Below, piece by piece: positions 7,211 through 17,209 of a stretch of DNA of 64,000 nt. Both the position numbers and the translations under genes were made by a program. The DNA is from a virus (taxonomy: Duplodnaviria; Heunggongvirae; Uroviricota; Caudoviricetes): IMG/VR virus record IMGVR_UViG_3300029288_000055, positions 234,764 to 298,763 of that record; one strand, 5' to 3'. Position 1 is the first letter of the stretch. The number at the start of each line of letters is the position of its first letter. The notes below the pieces were generated by a model. It searched no databases, was not told the origin of the DNA, and saw only the letters and a program-made list of their open reading frames with translations.

Positions 7211-8196
7211 AATTAAATATTATGGTAAAAGAAAAAGATTTAGTAAAAGAAGTAATAATGGAAAACAACGAAAAAAAGAAAGAAAAAATTCCTGAAAATA
7301 AAGAGACAACCTTAAAATTTATAAAAGGGAATGATGTAAAAATAACAACAGAAAAGGACACTACCGCAACAACTGGCAAAGGTTCTGGTCTTAGATTCAA
7401 TAAAGGAAAACAAAGATATGATTTAGTTGAACCACACGCATTTGCAGATTTTGTTCAAGTTCTTACGGATGGCGCAGAAAAATATTTTGATCGTAATTGG
7501 GAAAACGGATTGTCTTGGACTTCTGTACTGGCATCACTTAAAAGGCATATTGCTGCTATTGAAAGAGGCGAAGATTATGATAAAGAAAGCGGTAGATTAC
7601 ATATTGCTCACGCAGCTTGTAATGTACATTTTCTCAATGCATTTTATTATATCTTTCCGCAAGGTGATGACAGACCAAAAAGATATTTAAAACCTCCAAA
7701 AATTGGTTTGGATTTAGATGGCGTTATTGCAGACTTCACTGGTGCATGGAAAAAATTATATCCAGAAGTATCTGCCACACCAAACTCATGGTATCTTGAT
7801 AGAAAAGTTGGCAAGAGATTCAATGCAATGCGGGAAGCAGGTACACTGGATGAATTTTATTTGAATATACCCGTTTTAGTTAAACCAGAAGACCTTCCTT
7901 TCGAACCACATTGTTATATTACATCCAGACCAGTATCAAATGAAATATCCGAACAATGGCTTGATAATAATGGATTTCCAGCAAGACCTATTTATACTGT
8001 TGATATACGCCAAAGTAAAGTCGAAGTAGCTAAAAATGCTGGCATTGAGATATTTGTTGATGACTCATTTGAAAATTTCGTAGAATTAAACAATAATGGT
8101 ATCTTCACATATTTATATTCAGCACCTTGGAATCAAAAACATGATGTTGGACATATGAGAATTAACTCATTGAAAAACATACCATTACTAAAATAA
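7195..8196 (+). CDS. dATP/dGTP diphosphohydrolase (DUF5664-like) fused to HAD 5'-nucleotidase-like domain
   Basis: GLRFNKGKQRYDL...GAEKY..RNWENG...SLKRH...D.ESG..HIAHAACN, then IGLDLDGVIADF...ITSR...IFVDD. Confidence 0.8.
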   Translation: MEKEIKLNIMVKEKDLVKEVIMENNEKKKEKIPENKETTLKFIKGNDVKITTEKDTTATTGKGSGLRFNKGKQRYDLVEPHAFADFVQVLTDGAEKYFDRNWENGLSWTSVLASLKRHIAAIERGEDYDKESGRLHIAHAACNVHFLNAFYYIFPQGDDRPKRYLKPPKIGLDLDGVIADFTGAWKKLYPEVSATPNSWYLDRKVGKRFNAMREAGTLDEFYLNIPVLVKPEDLPFEPHCYITSRPVSNEISEQWLDNNGFPARPIYTVDIRQSKVEVAKNAGIEIFVDDSFENFVELNNNGIFTYLYSAPWNQKHDVGHMRINSLKNIPLLK

Positions 8197-8288
8197 AAAA
8201 ATATTTGTTTTTTATTGTTATTGAAGATTAACCGTCATCTTATAGTATTTATAAATGACGGTTAATTACATTTAATAATATTAGAGCA

Positions 8289-8789
8289 ATGGGAAATATT
8301 TTTTCAGATATTACGGAAGACATTAATTTAAAACCAACAAAATCTAAGATTTTACTAAAATGGGTTATTAGGATTGGTGTTGCATTAATTGTACTTGCAT
8401 TTGGATATGGTCAATACAAAGTAATTCGTCTTAATAAAATGACTGAAATTGAAAAAGCAACAATTGAATTAAAACAACAAATGGAAACAAATACTAAAGT
8501 AATGGTTGATGGTTTTAAAGCAGTTAATGGTAGAATTGACAAGGTATATGATGATGGCATTAAAGAATTTGACAACTTCCAAACATATAATAAAAAACAA
8601 TTGGTTATGATTATTGATTATGGACAAACAAATAAAAGTTTATTAAAACAAATGCTGGAATTAAATTCAGCAGAAAAATCCAAGTCCGTTGAAAGCAATC
8701 TTGAAAAAGCAAAAACATTTTCACCAGTAGTTGTACCTGATACATCCTCAATTGTTATAAAAAAAATTGACCCCAAAACTAAAAAGTAA
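8289..8789 (+). CDS. Single-pass membrane protein with coiled-coil ectodomain
   Basis: Hydrophobic IGVALIVLAFGYG near the N-terminus; preceded by TATTTATA. Confidence 0.6.
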   Translation: MGNIFSDITEDINLKPTKSKILLKWVIRIGVALIVLAFGYGQYKVIRLNKMTEIEKATIELKQQMETNTKVMVDGFKAVNGRIDKVYDDGIKEFDNFQTYNKKQLVMIIDYGQTNKSLLKQMLELNSAEKSKSVESNLEKAKTFSPVVVPDTSSIVIKKIDPKTKK

Positions 8790-8816
8790 TTATATTTATT
8801 TAAAATTATAAATCTT

Positions 8817-9143
8817 ATGGGCATTTTTCCAATTGGATATTCTAAAGAAAGGTTCATTGAATTTCTTCAGCAAAACCATGTAAATGAAACAATAATAGAA
8901 AAATTTAAAATAATACCTGAAAATGTCAAAAAAAATAATCATATTTACAAATTAAATATTGTTGGTACTTGGTATAACATAGGTGATACACACTATAACT
9001 TTGAATTGAATTATTATTCAGAAGACCAGATTGAGTTTTTATTTTCATTTAAAGTTTTTACCAATGTTGAAGATAGTATTAATAACATAATATGTGATTT
9101 AGTTGATGGTAAATATATAAAAAAACCAGAAAATATAAAATAA
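8817..9143 (+). CDS. Hypothetical protein
   Basis: 108-aa ORF abutting the phosphoesterase gene. Confidence 0.6.
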   Translation: MGIFPIGYSKERFIEFLQQNHVNETIIEKFKIIPENVKKNNHIYKLNIVGTWYNIGDTHYNFELNYYSEDQIEFLFSFKVFTNVEDSINNIICDLVDGKYIKKPENIK

Positions 9144-9772
9144 TGAAAATATGTATTATTTCAGATACTCATAATAAGCATAAACGTTTAGGCAAATTAC
9201 CTGATGCTGATATGATTATTCATTGTGGTGATTTTACATCTGTAGGTCATGGTCATGAAATTCGTGATTTCATGAAATGGTATTCTTTATTACCATATAA
9301 ATACAAACTTATCATTGCAGGAAATCATGATTTACTTTTTGAAAGAAATCGTGTTTTAGCATTAGAAGATGTACCAAAAAATGTAATTTATCTGGAAGAC
9401 TCTGGGATTGAAATAGAAGAACTATATTTCTATGGAACACCAGTACAATTGCCTTTTATGAATTGGGCATTTAATCGTCCAGAACCAAAACTTGCACAAC
9501 ATTGGCAAGCAATTCCCGATAATACTAATGTGCTTATTACACATAGTCCGCCATACGCAATAATGGATTTAGGAAGATATGATATGAAACACGCTGGCTC
9601 GCCATCATTATATTATGAAATAATGAATAGAATTAAACCAAAAATTCATTGTTTTGGTCATATTCATAGTGAATATGGTCGTAAAAATATTGAAGACACA
9701 ATATTTATTAATGCCAGCAATCTCAATGATGATTATATGTGCGTGAATAAACCAGTAATTATAGAAATTTAA
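9143..9772 (+). CDS. Calcineurin-like metallophosphoesterase
   Basis: ISDTH, HCGD, IAGNHD, LITHSPP, FGHIH motifs. Confidence 0.92.
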   Translation: MKICIISDTHNKHKRLGKLPDADMIIHCGDFTSVGHGHEIRDFMKWYSLLPYKYKLIIAGNHDLLFERNRVLALEDVPKNVIYLEDSGIEIEELYFYGTPVQLPFMNWAFNRPEPKLAQHWQAIPDNTNVLITHSPPYAIMDLGRYDMKHAGSPSLYYEIMNRIKPKIHCFGHIHSEYGRKNIEDTIFINASNLNDDYMCVNKPVIIEI

Positions 9773-9799
9773 AAAGGTCAGTCAGTGTCTGACCTTTTT
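9771..9799. terminator. Bidirectional-type intrinsic terminator
   Basis: AAAAAGGTCAG-TCAGTGT-CTGACCTTTTT. Confidence 0.8.
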
Positions 9800-9834
9800 A
9801 TTTAACATAAAACTATTTATATAAAATTTGTTTT

Positions 9835-10701
9835 ATGATATCTTTAAGAAGACTTATTAAAGAAGAATTTGTTAAATTACTCAAAGAAATCAATTATAAT
9901 CGTGATGAAGATATTGATTATGATCAATTTAATAGAGAAGATGAATTAAAACATGGACTATTTGACGACTTTCTTTATCATAACACACCTGATTTTACGA
10001 AACACGTACCTTGGAGTGTTATACCATTTCCCAGACTGAAAAAAGTATGGGAAGATTTTATGACTTATGGCTCAGTCAGAGATACCAGAGGATTGGAAAT
10101 GATCGAAGAATTAATGATCGAGAACACAACCAAAGTCAGTATATTCACAAATTTGGCAGGTCATACACAATGGGGAGATCAGGAAGCACTTGATGAAAAT
10201 ATTGGGTATTGGGTTGATCAACAATTAAATTGTTTGTTCAAACCACAAAAGGTTGATACAAATCAACTCGAAATACCATATGATAATCCGAAAAAGGGAT
10301 ATAAACAAAAAGAACCTGTACCCGAACCTGAACCATGCAATACAGAAATACATCCATTTATTCAAGAATATTTTGATGATAATTTTAATCCAGAAAGCAT
10401 GGACAGAGAAGATATCAGAGGCATGCTTTATGATTTAATGAGTGGCAGATTCTTTGATTATTATATGAATGACCCAGAAGGTAAAATGGGTGGGTTTATA
10501 AGCGATTATGGTTTAAAACCACTTGAAGAATTACTTGTACAACTATTAAGAGCTACCAGTCCTGAAGAAAAACTTCTAATTATCGATAGAATGCTTAATG
10601 TTGTACACCAACGTTCAGATATTGCAGACTGGTTTGTTGAAGGTGGTTCACACGCATTAGGTCAATTAAGTGGCTCGCCAACACAAGTAGATGCACAATA
10701 A
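9835..10701 (+). CDS. Hypothetical protein with N-terminal LIKEE motif
   Basis: 288 aa; starts MISLRRLIKEEF; TATTTATA at 9814-9821. Confidence 0.7.
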   Translation: MISLRRLIKEEFVKLLKEINYNRDEDIDYDQFNREDELKHGLFDDFLYHNTPDFTKHVPWSVIPFPRLKKVWEDFMTYGSVRDTRGLEMIEELMIENTTKVSIFTNLAGHTQWGDQEALDENIGYWVDQQLNCLFKPQKVDTNQLEIPYDNPKKGYKQKEPVPEPEPCNTEIHPFIQEYFDDNFNPESMDREDIRGMLYDLMSGRFFDYYMNDPEGKMGGFISDYGLKPLEELLVQLLRATSPEEKLLIIDRMLNVVHQRSDIADWFVEGGSHALGQLSGSPTQVDAQ

Positions 10702-10778
10702 TTTTAATTAAAATCAGTACTTTTACGACATTCATTCTATTTATGGTAAAAATTATTTTACGATAAATTATAATTAGT

Positions 10779-11102
10779 ATGAATATCAACGAATTATTCG
10801 ACAAGATACAAGAAGGTGGATTGTCAGAAAACTTAAGCGGAGAATTAATAGTTAAAGGAAATTGTATGATCTGGACATATGATTTAAATAAAAACACTGA
10901 AGAAATTGAAGCACCAACCGATGAAGATGGTGAAGAACCCGAATTTAGTTTTGAATCATCAAGTCCCGAAGAATTATTACTCGAAGCGTATACTGAAGAC
11001 TTAGAAACAATTGAATCGTTTCTTGATGAATTAAATGAAGATTGCTGGACAATTTCTGAACCAGAAATCAGTGAAACAGTAATTTCTTTCAAAATTTTCT
11101 AA
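10779..11102 (+). CDS. Acidic hypothetical protein
   Basis: 107 aa, Glu-rich. Confidence 0.65.
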   Translation: MNINELFDKIQEGGLSENLSGELIVKGNCMIWTYDLNKNTEEIEAPTDEDGEEPEFSFESSSPEELLLEAYTEDLETIESFLDELNEDCWTISEPEISETVISFKIF

Positions 11103-11166
11103 TTTTATGTAACTATATAGATTTATTTTCGTATAATTGCAATATAATTATATAATCAAATCTATT

Positions 11167-12171
11167 ATGGGTGGTAAAGCATTAAACAGGTATGGTGTTC
11201 ATACTGAAAGGAAAAACACTGACAAATTCCGAAGAATCGGATACGAACTTCAAACACGAGTTGGAGAAGACTTAGGTTATAATACTGCCATTATCACCTG
11301 TTATCGCACAAAAGCTGATCATGGTGATTTGGACTTATTAATCTGCGTTCCTGACAAGAATCTTATCAATTGGAGAAATTATATTGAGAATGTATTTAAA
11401 CCACAAGCTATTTACAGTAATGGTGGTGTACATTCATTCGATTATCAAAATTTTCAAGTTGACTTCATTCCAATTCTCGAAAGCAAATGGAAATCAGCAT
11501 TAGTTTACTTTTCATATGACCCTCTTGGCAACATCATGGGTAAAACTTATCATAAATTTAATTTATCATATGGCTGGGAAGGTCTGTTCTATAAGTACAG
11601 AAATTTTCGTGGAACTAATTCAAAAAATATTTTGCTTACTAATGATGTAACAAAAATATTTGAATTTGGTGGTTATGACTATGACAGATATTTGAAAGGG
11701 TTTGATACCCTTGAAGAAATTTTCAAGTTTGCAATTGATAGCAAATATTTTGATACTGAAATGTTTCAAATGGAAAATCTTAAAAGTATTGATAAAAAAA
11801 GAAATCGTAAGCGTGGTTCATATCACCTGTTCTTACAGTATTTGAAAGATAATAACATCAATACCAAATATTCTTTTTATGAACAGAAAGATTTGTATAT
11901 TATAGATATTGATAGTGCATTTCCAGAAGCAAATCTTTTAGATCAACTTCATGATTTGCAAGTTAAAGATGAACTTGATCAAGCATTAGCAGAAAAATTT
12001 AATGGAAATGTTGTTATGCAATGGCTTCCTGAACTTCAGGGAAAAGAATTGGGTATTGCTATGGGTAATTTCAAGAAAACATTAGGTAACGATTATGTTG
12101 ATATTATAAGCAATTATCCAATTGAAGATATTCAGGATTTATTTATGAAAACTTATAATGGAGAAAAATAA
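11167..12171 (+). CDS. Putative nucleotidyltransferase (Pol-beta/NTase fold)
   Basis: MGGKAL start, KADHGDLDLL NTase motif, FQVDFI; ECF promoter at 11109-11136. Confidence 0.6.
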   Translation: MGGKALNRYGVHTERKNTDKFRRIGYELQTRVGEDLGYNTAIITCYRTKADHGDLDLLICVPDKNLINWRNYIENVFKPQAIYSNGGVHSFDYQNFQVDFIPILESKWKSALVYFSYDPLGNIMGKTYHKFNLSYGWEGLFYKYRNFRGTNSKNILLTNDVTKIFEFGGYDYDRYLKGFDTLEEIFKFAIDSKYFDTEMFQMENLKSIDKKRNRKRGSYHLFLQYLKDNNINTKYSFYEQKDLYIIDIDSAFPEANLLDQLHDLQVKDELDQALAEKFNGNVVMQWLPELQGKELGIAMGNFKKTLGNDYVDIISNYPIEDIQDLFMKTYNGEK

Positions 12172-13027
12172 TATATTACAAATAGGTAGTAAAAATCTTA
12201 GCTCAGAAAATTGGAAGGTATACCATCCGAGTGGACGACATATGTTCACGTGTGGCGAAAAAAAAGCATTTTGGTATCTGGAAAGGAATTTGGCTAAGTT
12301 GATTAATGGTGAAAGAACGATTAAGTTAACTTTTATTCCGAAAGGCAATGGTTTTGAGGATAATGAAGAATTTGGTCGTTCCATGCGCATAGTCAGATGT
12401 GTAGTAACTGGTGTTAGTGATAGTTTGCAACGGCATCATATTGTGCCTTATTGCTATAGAACATACTTTCCTGAACAGTATAAATCAAAAAATCATCATG
12501 ACGTGGTTTTAATGAATTTTGAGATTCATTCAGAGTATGAACAAAAAGCAAATACATTCAAAGATGAAGTTGCTAAGATATATGATGTAAAAACAATTGG
12601 TGAGCTTAATACTGAATATACCACTAAATTACGTGAACTTGGTAAACCAAATGCTATTGTATTAAATACAATTCATTCAATATTTAAAACTTATGGTCGT
12701 TTATCACACGATGAATTATTAAATAAGTTACAATATATTGCAGATAATTCTGATCTTTCTTTTGAAATATTAATAGGATATAATTACATACAATTATATA
12801 AATTATATTTGCTATTAAGACAAGATCACATCGAAGAATTATATCAATTTAAAGGGATTTATCGTAAATTATATGATCATGGCTACCATGTGGCACAAAA
12901 ACTCGATACTGAAGAAAAAATTGAAGACTTTGTAAAACTCTGGAGAACTCACTTTATTGAGACAATGCAACCTAAATTCATGCCAACTGGCTGGTCAGTT
13001 GATTTTAGAATTAAAACAAAAATTTAA
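12158..13027 (+). CDS. HNH-like protein resembling the C-terminal half of eukaryotic EXD2
   Basis: TCGEKKAFWYL...F.P.G...CVVTG...RHHIVPYCYR..FP..YKS.NHHDVVL...DHG..V...WR.HF.E.MQPKFMP.GWSV. Confidence 0.7.
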   Translation: MEKNNILQIGSKNLSSENWKVYHPSGRHMFTCGEKKAFWYLERNLAKLINGERTIKLTFIPKGNGFEDNEEFGRSMRIVRCVVTGVSDSLQRHHIVPYCYRTYFPEQYKSKNHHDVVLMNFEIHSEYEQKANTFKDEVAKIYDVKTIGELNTEYTTKLRELGKPNAIVLNTIHSIFKTYGRLSHDELLNKLQYIADNSDLSFEILIGYNYIQLYKLYLLLRQDHIEELYQFKGIYRKLYDHGYHVAQKLDTEEKIEDFVKLWRTHFIETMQPKFMPTGWSVDFRIKTKI

Positions 13028-13350
13028 AAATTGTTGCATATAATAATTATATTAACTAATATTGTATTCTAAAACAAAATAAAAATCATGAAAATTGAAA
13101 ATTTAGAAAGAGCAACAGTACTTAAATCGTGGTATGAAGATGCTCTTCAAAGAATATCTTTTTTAAATAGTTCACCAAGTACTGAAACTTGGGATGATGG
13201 TGAAGGATTTATATCAATTGAAAGAGGTTTATTTTTAGCTAAAGTAAGATTAGATAATATTAAAAAAGAAATTAAAAATTTATAAAATTGTTGTATATAA
13301 TAATTATATTGACTAATATTGTATTCTAAAACAAAATAAAAATTATGAAA
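13027..13350 (+). repeat. About 67-bp direct repeat (13027-13093 and 13284-13350) carrying a host-type promoter and start codon
   Basis: aaaattgttgYatataataattatattRactaatattgtattctaaaacaaaataaaaatYatgaaa twice with 3 mismatches; contains GTTG-N20-TAATATTG. Confidence 0.9.
13088..13285 (+). CDS. Small hypothetical protein between the two repeat copies
   Basis: 65-aa ORF. Confidence 0.55.
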   Translation: MKIENLERATVLKSWYEDALQRISFLNSSPSTETWDDGEGFISIERGLFLAKVRLDNIKKEIKNL

Positions 13351-13824
13351 CTTCACAAAGCACTTAAATTAAGAAAAAGTTTAACAGGTGACATTGCCCG
13401 TTTAAAACAACAAATTCAGGAGAAAAACTCATACATGGAAGGTTCGCTTAATGCTGAAAAATATAGTGTACCCAAATTATATGAAGAACTTCAGGGTAAA
13501 ATTAATGAATTAATCGGTTTAAAATATGCAATCAATGAAGCTAATCGTGAAATTCAGGCAAACATTTACACAATTTCAGAATATAAAGCACTTATTGCTT
13601 TTTGGAACAGTGTAAAAGTACTTGAGGGGGAACAAATTATTGGATATTCAGAAGGAATATCTAAAAAATATTTTGCCCAGATAGACGAAGAAGCACGCAA
13701 TAAAATGATTGCAGAATTTCAATTAAAAGTCGATGCACTTCAGGAAGAAATTGATACCTTCAACTATACCACTGACATCCCTTGGGGAAAGGAAGATGAA
13801 TTAGTGTTAAAAACCGAAGAGTAA
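13345..13824 (+). CDS. DIP1984/septicolysin-like helical protein
   Basis: MKLHKALKLRKSL...I.EKNS..EG...LKYAINEAN...VDALQEEIDTFNYTT.I pattern. Confidence 0.65.
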   Translation: MKLHKALKLRKSLTGDIARLKQQIQEKNSYMEGSLNAEKYSVPKLYEELQGKINELIGLKYAINEANREIQANIYTISEYKALIAFWNSVKVLEGEQIIGYSEGISKKYFAQIDEEARNKMIAEFQLKVDALQEEIDTFNYTTDIPWGKEDELVLKTEE

Positions 13825-13830
13825 AAATCT

Positions 13831-14010
13831 AAGGGTGTGTGGGTGAGTAACAATTAAAGTTAAATTTTAGGCAATTACATTGCTTCTGAATGGTAAACGA
13901 TAGCGATTCGAATGTTCAATAATCATGGATTCATATCGTCAAAACTTAAGCCTCAAAACTTAAAACTCATTTAAATTTACTTTATTGCCAAAGGCACACA
14001 CTCTTTTTTT
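13831..14010 (+). ncRNA. Candidate structured ncRNA downstream of the DIP1984-like gene
   Basis: Closing stem AAGGGTGTGTG/CACACACTCTT, internal stems (CAAT-AAAG/CTTT-ATTG, CGATA/TATCG), CAAAACTTAA twice, then a T tract. Confidence 0.65.
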
Positions 14011-14050
14011 GCTTAATCCATTAAGCAAAAAACATTAAAAACTGCTGAAT

Positions 14051-15175
14051 ATGATAAGCAAAAACATTGAATTTGATTTTGACGATATATTGATTGTTCC
14101 AACAGTTAATATTGAAATTACAAGTCGTTACGTTGATATTGTATTACCAGATGTGCTGCCATTATTTACTGCACCAATGGATACTGTGGTAAATCTCGAC
14201 AACATGGATGATTTTATGGACAACAAAATACAGATTGCATTACCGAGAACAATATCCTACGATCAATTTAAAAATCATGTACATAATGAAAACATGCAAT
14301 TTTATTCTGATATCTTTATTAGTATGGGTTTTGATGAGATAAACAAACATCATAATGAAAATCATTTTGAAATATTTCATAAGAATGCACACATATTAAT
14401 TGATGTTGCAAATGGTCATATGCTCAAAGTAATGGATTTTGCTAAAAAAATTAAATTACACAGACCTGATATTAAAATTATGGTTGGCAATATTGCAAAT
14501 CCAGAAACTTATTTATGGTATGCTGAAAATAATTGTGTTGATTATATCAGAGTGGGCATCGGAAATGGCGGTGGTTGCTTAACTACAAAACAATCAGGCG
14601 TTGGTCATCCAATGGCATCATTGATTCATGAAGTTCGTCAGGTAAAATTATTATTTGTATATGATCAGAAAATTGCTGCTGAATTAAACGAAAAAAATCC
14701 GAATAGTATTATAAAACGCAAAATCATTAAAGCACCAGCAATCGTTGCTGATGGTGGCATGAAAGATTATTCAGACGTGATCAAAGCACTTGCACTTGGA
14801 GCAGATTATGTTATGCTGGGTTCAATATTAAATAAAGCATTGGAAAGTGCTGGAAGCAATTATCTTTACAAAATAAAATTAAACAACAGACTTGCCAGAT
14901 ATTTTTATGATAAAGATTATCCAATAAAGAAGTATTTTAGAGGTATGAGTACCAAGGAAGCGCAAAAAGCTATGGGAAAGACCCAAATAAAGACTTCTGA
15001 AGGCATTGTAAGATACAGAAGGGTAGAGTATCATCTGGATGGCTGGATTGAAAATTTTCAACATTATTTAAGAAATGCAATGAGTTATGCAAATGCAAAG
15101 AATCTGGAAAATTTCATTGGCAAAGTAGATATTTGTCAAATAACAAAAAACGCATATGATAGATTTAACAAATAA
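14051..15175 (+). CDS. GMP reductase / IMP dehydrogenase family protein
   Basis: DFDDILIVP, APMDTV, IDVANGH, IRVGIGNGGGCLT, VADGG, ALALGADYVMLGS, FRGMST. Confidence 0.9.
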   Translation: MISKNIEFDFDDILIVPTVNIEITSRYVDIVLPDVLPLFTAPMDTVVNLDNMDDFMDNKIQIALPRTISYDQFKNHVHNENMQFYSDIFISMGFDEINKHHNENHFEIFHKNAHILIDVANGHMLKVMDFAKKIKLHRPDIKIMVGNIANPETYLWYAENNCVDYIRVGIGNGGGCLTTKQSGVGHPMASLIHEVRQVKLLFVYDQKIAAELNEKNPNSIIKRKIIKAPAIVADGGMKDYSDVIKALALGADYVMLGSILNKALESAGSNYLYKIKLNNRLARYFYDKDYPIKKYFRGMSTKEAQKAMGKTQIKTSEGIVRYRRVEYHLDGWIENFQHYLRNAMSYANAKNLENFIGKVDICQITKNAYDRFNK

Positions 15176-16498
15176 AACACCAGAAGAAATTAATGCACTG
15201 ATACAAAAATTTGCACCAGTACTACAACAGGTTAAAATAGCACCTGAACATTATTTACAGCTTGCATATATATTCGATATTGGTACTAAATATCTTATTA
15301 TACAACACAAAGATTTAGATGATACTTGGAAAACATGGTGTATGCTTGTACTAAAAGAAATGTACATAAAGAATAAGATTAACAGTGAGTTGGACATTAC
15401 AAATATTGTTGAAGATTTTATTAATCATTACAATTTAAACTATGAATCATATTGTAATTATATGGCTTCTGCAAATGAGTATGATCAGCAAAGAGGATTT
15501 GTTCATAGTTATATATTAAAAAAAGGTAGATAAACTACCTTTTTTGTTTTAGCACTAATTGTAATTTAGTTTCTTTATTCATAGTAGTTTTTAAATTAAA
15601 TTTACCTTAAAAATTAATAAGTCTTGCTTTTTTCCTTATCTTAAACTATATTTGGATTTTATATTTTAATTATGGAAGTTTATTTTAAGTACAAACGATT
15701 CGAAATTGTCACAATCGAAGACAAAATTCAAGAATTTTTAGACGATTTAATTAAAGAAGGGTGGCAAATTATTTATTATAATGAGATAGTTAAACTTGAT
15801 AATGTAGTTAATAGTGGTTCAATAATTTCCAGTAGGAAAATATTTATTACCGTTGTAGCTGGCAAAAAGCAAGACAATACATTAAAGAATATATTATGAG
15901 CAAAGATTCAGGATATTTGGTTGAAACCAAAACAGGTAAACAAGGTAGAACATATCATCGTGAAAAACTTGTTAATGGTAAATTAATCGTTCACGTTGAA
16001 GTTGAAGAAGTGGAGAAAATAGAAGAAAAAAAATTTTTATGTGACCCACAAACAATAAAAATAATTGGATTTGTAAATTAATAACACATGAAAAACTTAC
16101 AATTAAATCACACATACTTAATCAGATATAGTTCACAAGACACATTACTTTCAATAACTGTTTTATTAATAACAGATAAAGCATATCATCTTCGTTGGAA
16201 TAATCACATTAATGAAACCCAAACTTGGGAAACAAAAAGTCACTTAGAATCATGGTATACATTAGTTGAAGATATTAGTGATTTTGTTATAGAAAAGCCA
16301 CAAGACTTAAAATTTGATATCACCTATAAAATAAATGAAGTGAAATGGCATCCATATTTCTTAATTGAAGAAATGTGTAAAGTATGTGGTGGTGAAAGAC
16401 AAATACACGATGAACACACAACTTCAGCATATAAGACATGTCCAGCTTGCAATGGTAGCGGTAAAGAATCAAAAAGAGTAGACATTTTATTTGAATAA
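15156..16498 (+). other. Four hypothetical CDSs (15156-15533, 15672-15899, 15896-16081, 16088-16498); the last has a DnaJ-type CxxCxGxG zinc finger
   Basis: ORF track; CKVCGGER and CPACNGSG in 16088-16498; host-type promoter CTTG-N20-TATATTTG at 15623-15654. Confidence 0.65.
15519..15545. terminator. Bidirectional-type intrinsic terminator
   Basis: AAAAAAGGTAG-ATAAA-CTACCTTTTTT. Confidence 0.8.
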
Positions 16499-16540
16499 CC
16501 ATTTGCAACTCTTCTTAGTATTTATTGAAAAACTGTTTCA

Positions 16541-17149
16541 ATGAATCAAAGGTTATTACAGATTATCAACGAAGAACTTGAAAATTTCTATGATTATGAT
16601 CAAGAACAAAATATGGTTGATAAGTATCTTGAAAAATATACTACTGTACCTGCAACTATGAGTCCTAACATAAAAATTGATGATGAAATAGTTGGATATG
16701 TTTTCAGATCAATGTCAGGAAAATTAAAAGAACCAATTCCCATATATAAAAATCCAAAAAATCTTAATGGCTTTAGTAGCAATGCAAGAGGCATATTACT
16801 AAACAATGGTGATTTTTGTCTTGCACCTACACCAGTGTTACACGATTTTTTATTGGAAACGTTAGGTGAAAAAGGCGTAATACCCTATGGTAAAGCATAT
16901 GATTATAATATTGAGTATCCTGAAGAATTTATAGCAGTAATAAGAATTGGAAGTACAAATAAATTTGGACAATCATCAGCATATAATGAATTTCCTGAAT
17001 ATTATCAAGAAATTTTTGATCTTGCTAATAAAATTCAACCTTTCGAATTTGTAAATCATTCATATATTGATGAAATGGAAAGTCCTTTAGACCCCAATTT
17101 ACAAATTTCATATTTTCCACAAGGATATGATGCCAAAATTGTAGATTAA
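16541..17149 (+). CDS. Hypothetical protein with N-terminal IINEELE motif
   Basis: MNQRLLQIINEELENF; TATTTAT at 16519-16525. Confidence 0.7.
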   Translation: MNQRLLQIINEELENFYDYDQEQNMVDKYLEKYTTVPATMSPNIKIDDEIVGYVFRSMSGKLKEPIPIYKNPKNLNGFSSNARGILLNNGDFCLAPTPVLHDFLLETLGEKGVIPYGKAYDYNIEYPEEFIAVIRIGSTNKFGQSSAYNEFPEYYQEIFDLANKIQPFEFVNHSYIDEMESPLDPNLQISYFPQGYDAKIVD

Positions 17150-17209
17150 ATAGTAAAAAATAGGGTATAAATTCTAATTTTTCTTAAATTTTTATTGAGT
17201 ACCAGACAA

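Noticed and set aside
7195-8196. 2-aminoadenine (Z) genome
   Set aside because: No PurZ or DatZ visible in the window; the hydrolase alone is insufficient evidence.
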